Shown here: positions 26,708 to 39,317 of the stretch, piece after piece
Numbering within the stretch: position 1 is the first letter of the stretch
Layout of the letters: each line of letters begins with the position of its first letter
Assembly: GCF_006345805.1 (NCBI RefSeq)
Contig: NW_021834382.1
Location: 1-49,504 of the forward strand
Direction: 5' to 3'
Length of the DNA stretch: 49,504 nt
Source of the DNA: Octopus sinensis
Lineage: Eukaryota
Made by a program: the position numbers and the translations under genes
Notes under the pieces: generated by a model
The model's database searches: none
Told to the model about the DNA's origin: nothing
The model's input: the letters and a program-made list of their open reading frames with translations, nothing else

Positions 26708-27492
26708 AGACGCAGATGTGGTTGTGTGGTAAGAATAAAAGAATAAAAGAATATATTCTTTTATTCTTTTACTTGTTTCAGTTATTTAACTGCGGCCATG
26801 ATGGAGCACCCCCTTGAATGATTTTAGTCGAACAAATCCATCCCAGGACTTATTTTTAAGCCTAGTACTTATTCTATCGGTCTATCTTGCCAAAACACTA
26901 AGTTACGGAGACGTAAACCCACCAGCACTGATTGTCAAGTTTTGATGGGGTGGGGTAGAACAAACACAGGTACAAAGGCACACATGTATATACATAAAAC
27001 ATATGTATATATACGACGGGCTTTTTTTATGTTTCCGTCTACCAATTCAACTCACAATGTTTTGGTCGGCCCGATGTTATAGTAGAAGACACTTCCCCAA
27101 CGTACCACGCAATGGGAGTGAAACCGGAACCATGTGGTTGGGAAGCAAGCTTCTTACTGCACATCCATGCACACAAACACCCGGGCCGACCAAAGCCTTG
27201 TGAGTGGATTTGGTAGACGGAAACTGAAAAGAAGCCCGTCTTATATATGTATATATATATATGTATGTGTGTATTTGTGTGTCTGTGTTTGTACCCCTAA
27301 CAGCGTTTGACAACCGATGCTGGTGTGTTTATGTCCCCGTTACTTAGCGGTTCGGCAAAAGAGACCGATAGAATAAGTACTGGGATTACAAAAAGAATAA
27401 GTCCGGGGGTCGAGTTGCTCGATTAAAGGCGGTGCTCCAGCATGGCCGCAGTCAAATGACTGAAACAAGTAAAAGAGTAAAAGAGTAAAGAG
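26708..27492. mobile_element. Three family B SINEs in inverted arrangement: + remnant 26708-26753, - copy 26754-27170, + copy 27180-27492
   Basis: Head gtggttgtgtggtaagaa is fused to a tail repeat. A full reverse copy follows, then a 5'-truncated forward copy ending (gtaaaaga)n. Confidence 0.85.
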
Positions 27493-27497
27493 TATAT

Positions 27498-27584
<87 letters not shown>

Positions 27585-27593
27585 TATATATGA

Positions 27594-27935
27594 TTGCTTC
27601 CTAAGCACATAATTCTGGATTCAGTCCCACTGCGTGGAAATCTGACCAAGGTTCTTCTATTATTGCCCCGATTTCTGAGTGGATTTATTACCCAAAAACT
27701 GAAAGAAACATCATGTATATATATGTGTGAATATATCTTTGTGTACGTCTGTGAATGCTCGCGCGCGCATATGTCTGCCTGTGGTTTTGTCCCCCACCAC
27801 CGCATGACAACTTGATTTGATTACGTCCCTGTAACTTAGCGATCAGAACTAGAGTCAACCCGTTCGAGTAAAACACTTCAAGGCATAGCCCCACCACAGC
27901 TGCAGTCCAATGATTGAACAAATAAAAGATAAATG
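27594..27935 (+). mobile_element. Old family B SINE
   Basis: ttcagtcccactgcgtgg, ctgaaagaaac and acgtccctgtaacttagcg. Confidence 0.7.
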
Positions 27936-28002
<67 letters not shown>

Positions 28003-28349
28003 TCTGGCAAATTATTTTATTTGCTAAAAAAATTTGAAACATAGGTATAACCGTAAAAAATAACAAGGTAGAACTTTTTTATTTTTCATTCCCTTCAAAA
28101 TTGCTCTTAAATGTGGTTTCGGTCGTTTTGACTGCTTCTTTTAGCGTGTAAAACTACCTGTTAAAGGTAGTTTCTCTTGCGTTTTAAATATATATATATG
28201 CACTGTATATATATATATCCATGTATATATATGTATGTATATATGCATATATATGTGTATATATGTATGTATATATGCATATATATGTATATATATATAT
28301 ATATAATATATATATGCATATATATATAATATTTATACATTATTTATAT

Positions 28350-28384
<35 letters not shown>

Positions 28385-29125
28385 TGTATGTATGTAGGCG
28401 TACATACGTACAAATGATATTGCTGGCTTATTAGTATATATATACCTATGTATGCATATATACGTTATACACGTATTTATGTATATGTTATATAATTGCA
28501 TATATTTATATATTAATATATATATATATATAGACACACATATTTATACATACATTTATGTACTCACTCAAACACGTACTCACACATAACACCCACATAC
28601 ACGTATACACACACTCACACACATATAAACACAGATATATACGCCTGTAAACATACATACCATCAGATATGCATGAATGGACAAAGCGTTACAAAGATAG
28701 ACATTAACATATACCAAGAGGCTATATTTATCCCCACTTAAACGTGAGTGTTTCTATCAGAACAAACTATAAATGCTTAAGTGGGTATACAAATTACTTC
28801 TTGGTAATAATATTGCCTCTGTTGCTAATATATATTTGTTAACAGATACGTCCAACTATAAACGTATCTGTAGAAATGTGCATGCGAATTTCCGGTTGAA
28901 TTCTGAAAATTTTTCACATGCGAAAACAGAATATTTTACCTTTGTGGACGACTGCTCTAAAATATGGTCACGAGGTAGCGGTGTTATACAGCCGAGCCCA
29001 AGGCAATCCTTTGCAACCACCCCATGTAGATTACCTCACTGTATGAGATGAGCTTGCTGGGGGAAACGCTAAAAGTGTCGATGCGCTACTCCATGCAGCG
29101 AAGACGTGAAATATATGAAGTGTAA

Positions 29126-29199
<74 letters not shown>

Positions 29200-29619
29200 C
29201 TAATATAGGATGAAGTTTTTTTACAGAAAAAATTCCATCAAAAAATGTGGCAGCATATTAAAATACATTTAAGGTTAAAATTATACACAATTTATATATA
29301 AGGGCTAAAGAAAATTATTTCTATGCCAATATGCTGATAACATACTTTTAAATCGTCAATTTCCACATATTATTTACTCGCTACAGAAAACACGTAGAGC
29401 TGAAAACGGGGAAGGCCAGCCAATAGAATTTTTTTGTAAAAGTTCGTTATTTCTATATTTAATCAAGTTCGGAATTAATCTCATAATAGATTTTTTTCCT
29501 CTTCAATAGAAAATACGAAAAGACATAAATAAGATACTTACATGCGCCCATGCGCTGAGGCTGACCAAAGAATTTTATTTTTGGATATATCTGGGGTACT
29601 TATATGTACTCATGATTTT

Positions 29620-30628
29620 TGCTTCGGCTTTTTTCCATGAGAGGAGGAGCAATAAATATCGCGGAAGCTCCTCCACGAGAAGACTTAAACTCCTTCTGGT
29701 GGAAAATCTGGAGCGAAGAGAACGAATTTAACCAAGATGCTCTGTGGCTGGAAGAAATCCGAAAAAGTTATTGCTCTGATTACATCCAAGACATACAACA
29801 TTGATGGTGAAACTCTTGCAACTGTGATCCAGAAATTTCAGGATGGAAAAGTACCTAGAAGAGACTTGATTGTTGGATATTGGTACAAGAAGCTAACTTT
29901 CTACCTACCATACCTTATCAATCTGTACCAGAAATCCATCAGAAGAGTAATTCCGAGGACAAAGAAATAAAACCCCACAATATGGTAGAAGTCATAGCCA
30001 CTCATAATGAAAGGGAATACTGGTGGAATGTACCAGTGAAAACATGAATAAAATGTGAGCACAACAGACCTGATATAATGATTCGGGATAGAGAAGAGAA
30101 ACTGTGCACAGTTGTGGAAATTAGCTGCCCAGCGGATGTTAGCATAAAGCTGAAGATCAGTGAAAAAGAGAACAACTATGCTGAAATCTGCAGTTATTCT
30201 ATCCAGATTACAAGTTCAGGTTTATACCTGTAATTATTGGGGCTCTGGAATATGTAACACACTGCCTAAATATCAATCTTGAGAAATTAGGCTTCTCAAA
30301 TCCAGAAAGGAGAAAGCTAATTCGAAGACTGCAGATCCAATCATTCACTGAAACTGTAAAATCTGCAAAACTTTCCAGAAGTTTATCATTTAAATATATA
30401 TGAGCATGTCTAAATATGTAACTATATGCATGAGAATACATACATGAAACATACAAATCTGCACATACATACATACATACATACATACATACATACATAC
30501 ATACATACATACATACATACAAACAAAAATACCCTATTGTTGATGTTGAAATTCCAATGAAGGAACCTTGGATCTAGGTTAGAAACCGGTTCTTTCTCTA
30601 TTCGCAAGAAATCTTGAAACAAACTGGA
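29620..30628 (+). mobile_element. Internally deleted R4/Dong-type non-LTR retrotransposon (pre-RT region joined to RLE domain and 3' UTR)
   Basis: PPREDLNSFWWKIWS..N..ALW and GKVP.RDLIVGYWYKKL, then EYWWNVP..NRPDIMIRD..EISCP.D..EKENNY..FIPVIIGALE..LIRRLQIQS..KICKTF-stop. The 3' UTR contains an internal (CATA)n. Confidence 0.8.
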
Positions 30629-31514
30629 TAATGTCATACATACATAACTCCAAATCTACTCAGCTAAAGATGTTGAATATCTTAATTTATTATTAAATAT
30701 ATGCTCATGCATCGAGTATCTACTGGTGAAGATATCTGGTCTGGGATCTACAGAAAGTATTCATTCTCATTATGGATATTGATCTTATATTTATAAACCA
30801 TTTTTTTCATTTTTGTTAGGCCATTCCCATTAAGAGGACATTCCAGTTACTTTACAAATTCAGGTAGGTCAATCCTGGATAGAACTAGTAGAATTTAACG
30901 TTGTATCATGCACACAACAGGTCTATTGCTGAGGAGATTGCTACGCTATCATTTAGATTTTAGAAATTACCACCACAACTTGTGGTATTATAATTATAAG
31001 CAGTGATAGTGTTATTGCTAGATTTCCTAGATGAAAGCATAGTTTTAACCTCATTAATATTAGTATAGTTGCTATCGCCTACTAGTATATTATCATTTTG
31101 TTCACTCGGTAATTAGATATTATGTTTCAGTATATAGTTTGATATACATAGTTACATATACATGTTTCACATACTAATAATTGGAGAAATTCTCAACATC
31201 CTAGCTAAGATCTTTATTATCAGAATAATAGATTTATTCCTAGTTCTCTTCGAATTATTTCAAGCGCAAATATCTATCTATCTGATAGCTAGTTATAAAC
31301 GTATCTATCTCTCTAATTATCTACCTATGTCTTTATCTGTATGCCTGAGAATGCATATGTATGTAAAAGAAGGATGTATATGTGTATATTATATTTATGT
31401 GAAATATACGTGCATATACATTATATATATATAACAAAAATATAAAATAAAACATATGCATATATACATACATAAATGTACGTACCTACATCTATATGTA
31501 TATATACATGCATA

Positions 31515-31962
31515 TATGGGTACAGGACACCAAAAAAAACGTCGAACACAATGAGAAACGAAAACATAAACACAAAACCAAGGAAATGGACATTTTTCTG
31601 AAACAGCGAAAAAATAGAGTACAGGACATACAACACAAGGAACATTCCCCTTCTTCAGCCGCCTCTGTTTCATCTACTCCGCGTTTCGAAGGTAAAGGTG
31701 AGATACGACTTCTTTGAAACAGTCTTTCCCGCAAAAGCAAATTAAATAAAATTTGAGATTTTTTTTGCGGAGGGGTAAATATGGTAACAAAAACAGGACA
31801 GTAAAAACAATACAAAATAAAAACAGTAAAAGGCAGGACAAGGTGAATAACGGTAACACGGACATTAAGGGTTGTTAAGCCAGATCGAATGGAAAAATAT
31901 TTTGAACGCTTTGAGAACGGCGAGAGAGACAGGGAAAGCCGTCTACACTTGATGGAAGCCAG
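31515..31962 (-). mobile_element. Probable 3' tail of another L1/Tx1-like LINE
   Basis: Short C-terminal-like peptide ending F..IW.NNP-stop, followed by a T-rich UTR. The 5' truncation abuts the GATA tract. Assignment is weak. Confidence 0.35.
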
Positions 31963-32005
31963 AGAGATAGATAGATAGATAGATAAATATGTAGATAGAT
32001 AGATA

Positions 32006-33333
32006 TGTTTCTTTATTAGCCACACAGGGCTGCACACAGATAGAACAAATTACAAGGTAGAGCTTTTCTTTTGAAGGGTTAGAAAAAAAAAAAAAAGAAA
32101 GGGGGGAGTTTCGATCAAAAGGGATCGTAAAAGGAGAGAAAGAGGACAAAAAAGGGGGGTTAAAAAAAAGGGGGGGAGTAAAAAAAAAATTGATCAATAG
32201 GGATCGTTATCACAGAAATGTCAATATGAAGTGTAAAGGGGAGGACAGGTGAGGTTTACCCGTGGAAAGAAAAGCCTACGGAAAAGACCACGGTAACCTC
32301 GGTCAATGAAGTCACATTTTATATTTCTTTTTTTTTTTTTTTTTTTTTGCAAATAAGCAACTCTCTGTTTTCGATTTCTGGGTTCATAGGACTATGCTCA
32401 AGGTGGCTTCGTCATTCATACGTGCCATTCTTGCTACATTCACCCATCTTTTTTTAAAACATTCGCTAGACAAAACTTGCCTCTCTACTCTCACTTTCCT
32501 TTTCAACTGGTACTTGAAGAAGTTGATGAGAGATTGACCAGAGAGGAAAGTGTTTGTCTCCAATCCTTTCAGACGCGTCCACCAGATACATTCTTTCGCC
32601 ATAGCCACAAGGATGATGAAAATAGCTCTTCCTTCCCGTTTGAAGAAGGAGGCGTGACAATATTGACGATAGACTCAGCTGATAAACCGACTCGTCCACA
32701 CGTGACAACAGTTGTTCGACACAAGCCCACAGGTCGGAAATTGTTGGACACTGAACGAGTGCGTGCAGAACGGTTTCGTCGCTCTGACCGCATCTCGGGC
32801 AGGTCGGCCCCGTGTTTCTCGAGCCGTGTCTGTAGAGCTTATCCCGAACGGGTAGCGCTTCTCGGTAGCACTGCCAGGCCAGGGATCTCTGGAAGTTGTC
32901 CATGGGCCCTGGCCCGAAAGTCGTCCTGAACAGGCGGGTCAGGTACTCCTCGTCGACGTCCAGGTTCGCCCCGAGCTCGTCGTCGTACCTCCCCTCCACT
33001 AAACCCCTATAGAATGCTTTGGTTGTGTTGAAGTCACTTAAGGTCGACCCAGGACGGCAGAGTTGCTTGAGAGCAACGCGACACTCGCGGTGCCATTCGC
33101 CCTTCCTCGGCCTCTTTTTGATCCACGACTGCAGTTCGGTCATGGAGACGAGCTGCGGGAAAGCGTGCCTCACAAACGGCGACCACACCTGTTCACCGTC
33201 GTCTACATAGAGCCAGAGATGTCGCAGTCTCAGCGCGTGTCTGCGCATCATCAACCACGGCATGCCCAGCCCTCCTTTTAACGGGTGTTGACAGCAAATG
33301 GATCGCCTGACCATCGGGACGCATCCTTTCCAC
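32006..33333 (-). mobile_element. 5'-truncated Tx1/L1-clade LINE inserted in (GATA)n with a 20-bp TSD
   Basis: ORF2 C-terminus: GGLGMP, FQRSLAWQCYREALPVRDKL, CCHC knuckle CPRCGQSDETVLHALVQC, CIWWTR, F.KRW. Stop at 32384. AATAAA lies 6 nt from the 3' end. AATATGTAGATAGATAGATA occurs at both 31986-32005 and 33334-33353. Confidence 0.88.
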
Positions 33334-33339
33334 AATATG

Positions 33340-33400
<61 letters not shown>

Positions 33401-33401
33401 T

Positions 33402-33447
<46 letters not shown>

Positions 33448-33470
33448 AGATAGATAGATAGATAGATAGA
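33334..33470. repeat. (GATA)n microsatellite, target of the Tx1 insertion
   Basis: Directly visible. Confidence 0.95.
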
Positions 33471-34094
33471 TGTGCTGTGCTTTATATTTGTTAACTTCAA
33501 ATTAAAGGCAACCTAAAGTGCATGACATTTACTCAGTTTTAAAACTTTCTCTTTTCTGTTACGGCGCAGTAAATGTAAAGTTAACCCTTCATGTTCAGTT
33601 GCAGAAAGTGCTTGAGTCATTTCGAGGGGAACTGTCGCCCGTGACCAAATAATAGAGACTTTAACAGCAGTCAAATGGTGACACGTCCTCATGACAACCC
33701 CTCTTGTCCTACATCATCAATGAAATCCGCAGCACATTGACGAGGACCCCCACCGAGATAATGTATTCTAGTATAAAACTTCTAGTGAGCTACTTAGATG
33801 AGTCGGCGATCCGATCCTTGCACTACTCGAAGCTGTTCAATTACACGACGAATCGTATTACGCTTTGATTCTTTTCTGCGAGAAACTTCCGCATGGCCTA
33901 GAAAGTGAACGGGCTGGATTACAAACGGCCCTGCACAGACTCAAAAGAGGTATCCACACTGAAGCAAAGAAGTTTCCGTCATCACGGAAAGACCTGGTAT
34001 TTTGAAAACGAAGGTCATTTCACTTTTTTCCCATACGGTCACAAGCTCAAAACCGAACCGACGTAACTGGCAATATATTTTAAAACTGAAGACA

Positions 34095-34190
34095 GCTAGC
34101 TAGCAAAAACATTAGCACGCCAGGCAAAATCCTTAGCGGCATTTTGTCCGTCTTTATATTCTCTGAGTTCAAATTCAGCCGAGATGGACA
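34095..34190 (+). mobile_element. Family A SINE head fragment
   Basis: ttagcacgccaggcaaaatccttagcggcatttt ... ctgagttcaaattcagccgag. Confidence 0.7.
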
Positions 34191-34318
34191 TGGACATAAC
34201 TTCATGTTAGATAACATAAAATAAACCAGCATGCATTTGTTCATTTCTTATATGTGCGTGCGCCTGTTTGCGTATTGTATGCGTGTGTATGTATGACTAT
34301 ATATGTATATACATACAA

Positions 34319-34373
<55 letters not shown>

Positions 34374-34461
34374 TGTATACATATTTATACATAAATACAT
34401 ATATATCTATATAGATACATATATAATGCATATACACATACACACACACACTCGTGCGCGT

Positions 34462-34513
<52 letters not shown>

Positions 34514-34593
34514 GTACATACATATACATACATATATAGTGTATATGTGTATATGAATTTAAATAGATGTATATATCTATGTATATATTTATA

Positions 34594-34970
34594 TCTATGT
34601 GGCTGTGTGGTAAGAAGCTTGCTTCCCAACCACATGGTTCCGGATTCACCAAAGCCTTGTGAGTGAATTTAGTAAACGGAAACAGAAAGAAGCCCGAGGT
34701 ATATGTGTGTGTGTGTGTATGTGCGCTCCGCGCGTGTCTATGTTCATGTATGTGTGTCTTTGTGTCTTATTTTTCCCTACACCATCGCTTGACAACCGAT
34801 GTTGGTGTGTTTATGCCCCCGTAACCTAGCGGTTCGGCAAAGATATAAAAGCTACTAGACTGACAAAGAATAAATCTTGGGGTCGATTTCTACGACCAAA
34901 ACAAAACCCTTTAAGGCGGTGCTCCAGCATTGCCCGCTGTCAAATGACTGAAACGTATAAAAGAATAGAA
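34594..34970 (+). mobile_element. Near-complete family B SINE with an internal (TG)n tract
   Basis: gtggctgtgtggtaagaagcttgcttcccaaccacatggttccgg through ggcggtgctccagcat..caaatgactgaaac. Confidence 0.88.
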
Positions 34971-34999
34971 GAATTTATCTGTCTATCCATCTATCGATA

Positions 35000-35231
35000 T
35001 AAATACACATACATACATACATACACACATACATACACATACAGATACATACATACACACACACATACATACATACATGCATACATACATACATACATAC
35101 ATACATACATACATACATACACACACAAATATATATATACATACATACATGCGTACATACATACATACATACATACATGCACATATATATATACATATAT
35201 ACATACACGCATACATATATATATATATTAT

Positions 35232-35274
<43 letters not shown>

Positions 35275-35275
35275 A

Positions 35276-35307
<32 letters not shown>

Positions 35308-35308
35308 T

Positions 35309-35370
<62 letters not shown>

Positions 35371-35390
35371 GATAGATAGATAGATGGATG

Positions 35391-35446
<56 letters not shown>

Positions 35447-35524
35447 TAGATAGATGATAGATAGATAGATAGATAGATGATAGATAGATAGATGGATGGA
35501 TAGATAGATAGATAGATAGATAGG

Positions 35525-35572
<48 letters not shown>

Positions 35573-35580
35573 CATGCATA
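35000..35580. repeat. (CATA)n, (TA)n and (GATA)n compound microsatellite
   Basis: Directly visible. Source of the IYLS and VCMY ORFs. Confidence 0.95.
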
Positions 35581-36676
35581 TGCAAAATAAACGCATATTT
35601 ATGTATATATACAAATATACACATATAAATATGTATGTGTATGAATGTGAGTGTGCGCGCGTGTATGAGTGTATGTATGTATATATGTCTGTGTGAACAC
35701 ATGGGCGCTCTATATATGCATGTACATGTTACTTCGTTCCAATAGACTTGATATTCTTTACATTAGCGCTGCTGCTATAGAAGCTTTAGAACATAAAGAA
35801 AGTATCATTATATCCCTTGTGATGGTATAGGTGTTGCCATTGTACTTTCCGAAAAGCTACTGTTTAAATATTTTATTTATTGTTTTCCGTAAATTGATTT
35901 GGATCTTGAGGTTTTTCGTTGTTATTATACATGTGTATATGGTGACGGGGATGTCTTCTCGTTTTAGATTTCGTAAGGAAAACAAAGCAAAGCTACAGCG
36001 CTGTTCTAATAACATTATTAATAACAGCAAAAATGTTAAACAAAATATCGAATGAAATAATATTAATAACATTGACAACAATAGCAGCATTGACTGCAAC
36101 GTCGGGAGCTAAAATGACGATGGCGCGACAAAGCCGACGGTGATACTAACGGCAACTGCACAAAAGAAATTAATAGCAGTAAGGAGGAATAATAACAACA
36201 GCGAGGCGAATCCTCTCTTTAACAGTCCGTGTAGTCAAGGAGAAAGATTGACCTTGAACTTGCTTTGACAATGATGGCTGGGAAAATGAAAGTAAAAATT
36301 AGGTCAATAGAGACGGGCATTTCACACACGACAGATACGAACATATTTTCAACAGAGGAAATAAAAAGAGGAAAATAAAAACTATCGTAACCTATCTATT
36401 TATTTATGCATTACATCTGCAAAAGGACAAGGGTTTCTAGGGAGGTGTTTAGTCGCTTGACTGTTACATATTTAATTGAGATGAAGGTGAGGAAAACATA
36501 GTCGACTCTAGAAAGAATTGAAAGCAGAACATGACAAAAAGCGTTACTAAATACCGCAAAATATTTTGTGCAAAGCCCCAATGTTCCTGATGTTCCATAG
36601 TAATTTGCTATTATTCTATAGTGTTGCTGTACTGGTCATATTATATATAGTCTTTCTGATAATTTTATATATTTAT

Positions 36677-36677
36677 C

Positions 36678-36732
<55 letters not shown>

Positions 36733-36736
36733 TAAC

Positions 36737-36767
<31 letters not shown>

Positions 36768-37020
36768 GCAACAACAACAAAATCAACAACAGCAACAACC
36801 AACAACGACTATGACGACGAGGAGGAGGAGAATGAAAGGGAGGTTGGGGAGGAGGAGAAGGATGTTGGGGAGGATGAGAAGGAGGAGGAGGAGGAGAGGG
36901 AGGAGGATAATGAAGGTGATGGCGGTGGTGGTGATGATGATAATGATGATGATAATGATGATGAGTTTGACAACGACAATGAAAAAGGCGATGACAGCGA
37001 CAAAGACGGCTATGATGATA
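36677..37020. repeat. Graded trinucleotide tract (AAT > AAC > GAC/GAG > GGT > GAT)
   Basis: Directly visible. The triplet phase is kept throughout. Confidence 0.9.
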
Positions 37021-37056
37021 ATTTAATGTTTGTATGTATGTGTGGTGTGTATGTAC

Positions 37057-37089
<33 letters not shown>

Positions 37090-37730
37090 ATATATTTATG
37101 TATATATACATATATATGTGTGAATATATATATATATATACACACACGCGCGCACACAGTTAGATAGAAACACAGAAAGGCAGTCAGGTAGGCATATAGG
37201 CAGACAAACAGATATATACATACATACATGCATGCATACATACACACACACACACACATACATACATACATACATACATACATACATACATACATACATA
37301 CATACATACATACATACATACATACATACATACATGTATACATACATGCATGCACAGGTAGGGTCTCGTCACACACTGTGCCACGCTGATACAACATGAA
37401 AATTACGCTAAGGATGCACGTGTCTTGCGGAATCTCCAGGGTCAAACAACAGAGATAAATGCATGCATGCATGCATAAATACATGTACGCACTCATATAC
37501 ACATGCCTATATTTATACATACGTAGTCACCATACATAAATGTATGTATGATATATTTTTTTAATATATTTATATATATATAATATATATTATATATATA
37601 TATATACACATAAATATATATATGTATGTACATGTATGTATATGTATATGTATCTTTGTGCGTGTGTGTATGTGTGTGTGTGTTATACATATATATATAA
37701 TATATATATGTATATACATGTAAATGTAAA

Positions 37731-37763
<33 letters not shown>

Positions 37764-38182
37764 ATATTTGTATATATGTATATATGTTTATATATGTATA
37801 TATGTATATATTTGTATATATGTATATATGTTTCTATAATACATATTATATATATATATATGTATATATATGTATATATATATATATATATATGCTTACG
37901 TGCACAAATACATTTTACGACTTAGTTCTGTACCACGTAACATACACTTTGAAAAATTATAAGTGAAACCGATCCAGTGTGTACATATATATTAGAATGT
38001 AAAGAAATTCCCGTATAATTCCTGTGCATTTTCGATTTCTTTTCTTTGCATTTCGTTTTTCGATTAATAACGATTGATATATATTGTCTTTCGTCTTTTA
38101 CCTGCTGTGGGCATTTGTTACGGGAACTGTGCTCCAGCGTTGATGCAATCTTGGGGCTGAAACACATAGAAAAATAAAAGAA

Positions 38183-38350
38183 TATAGGACAGGCTTCTTG
38201 TCGCTCCCATCTACCAAATCCAGTCATAAGGCTTTGGTCGGGTCGAGGTTACAGTAGAAGACACTCGCTCAAAGTGCCACGCTGTGGAACTGAGCCCGAA
38301 CCATGTGGTTGGGAAGCGAGCTTCTTTCCATATAGCCACTCCCGCGCCTA
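38183..38350 (-). mobile_element. Family B SINE head
   Basis: ctaccaaatcc..aaggctttggtcgg..agtagaagacact..aaccatgtggttgggaagc. Confidence 0.8.
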
Positions 38351-38503
38351 TATGTACACACTCACATGCACACACACGCACACACACACACACACGCACA
38401 CTCATACACACATTCATACACATATACATATGTGTGCGTGTATATCTATCTAACTATATATATATATATATAATAGAGATAGAGAGAGAGAGGAGAGAGA
38501 GAG

Positions 38504-38569
<66 letters not shown>

Positions 38570-38837
38570 CTAGACAGATAGATTGATACATACATACATA
38601 CATACACATGGATGGATGGATAGATATACATATATATACATATATACATATATATATATGTATTCATATGCATAAACATATATACATATACATATATATA
38701 TATATATAATATATATTTATTTATATATACACACGCAAACTCTCTTTTTCTTTCCCTCTTTCTCTCTCACACACACACGCACCCTTTCTCTTTGCCTCTC
38801 TCTCTCTCTCTCTCTCTCACACACCACACACTCACAT

Positions 38838-38871
<34 letters not shown>

Positions 38872-39317
38872 CTGCACACAAATATAATATATACATGTGT
38901 GCACTGCTTTCCATTTTTATTATTTCCTCTCTTCCCTCTGGTTCTTGCTTTTACATTCGCGAACACTTTCTTCAAATTTTGACCCCCTCATTCACCAACT
39001 ATGTTCAAAATGCAATGTATATTCCAATGATCTAGATGTAAATCCTCATCTACACCGCTGAAGGAACAAGTATTATTTCCAACATATTCTGTATTTCGAG
39101 CATTTCGTCTCTGTCACCTCGATATTTATAATAAATGTGCTTCCATTTAATGGGCTGGGTGTTTTCATCGGTAAATATTTGCTGTTATTTTATTCCTTTA
39201 TGAATTAAGAAACCTAATTTTTACACTTTTATATGTGTTCGTGTGTTTAAGATTATTTGGTAATGTGTACGTGTGTGTGTAGACGTTAAAATAAATATCA
39301 TTATTGCTTTTGTTGCC

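Noticed and set aside
33810-34010. 66-codon ATG-less open frame (VGDPILALLEAVQLHDES...)
   Set aside because: It is preceded immediately by a stop, lacks a suitable in-frame acceptor, and has no recognisable homology.
36810-37030. Asp/Glu-rich reading frame resembling an acidic protein tract
   Set aside because: It is part of a graded trinucleotide microsatellite with no splice signals or flanking coding sequence.
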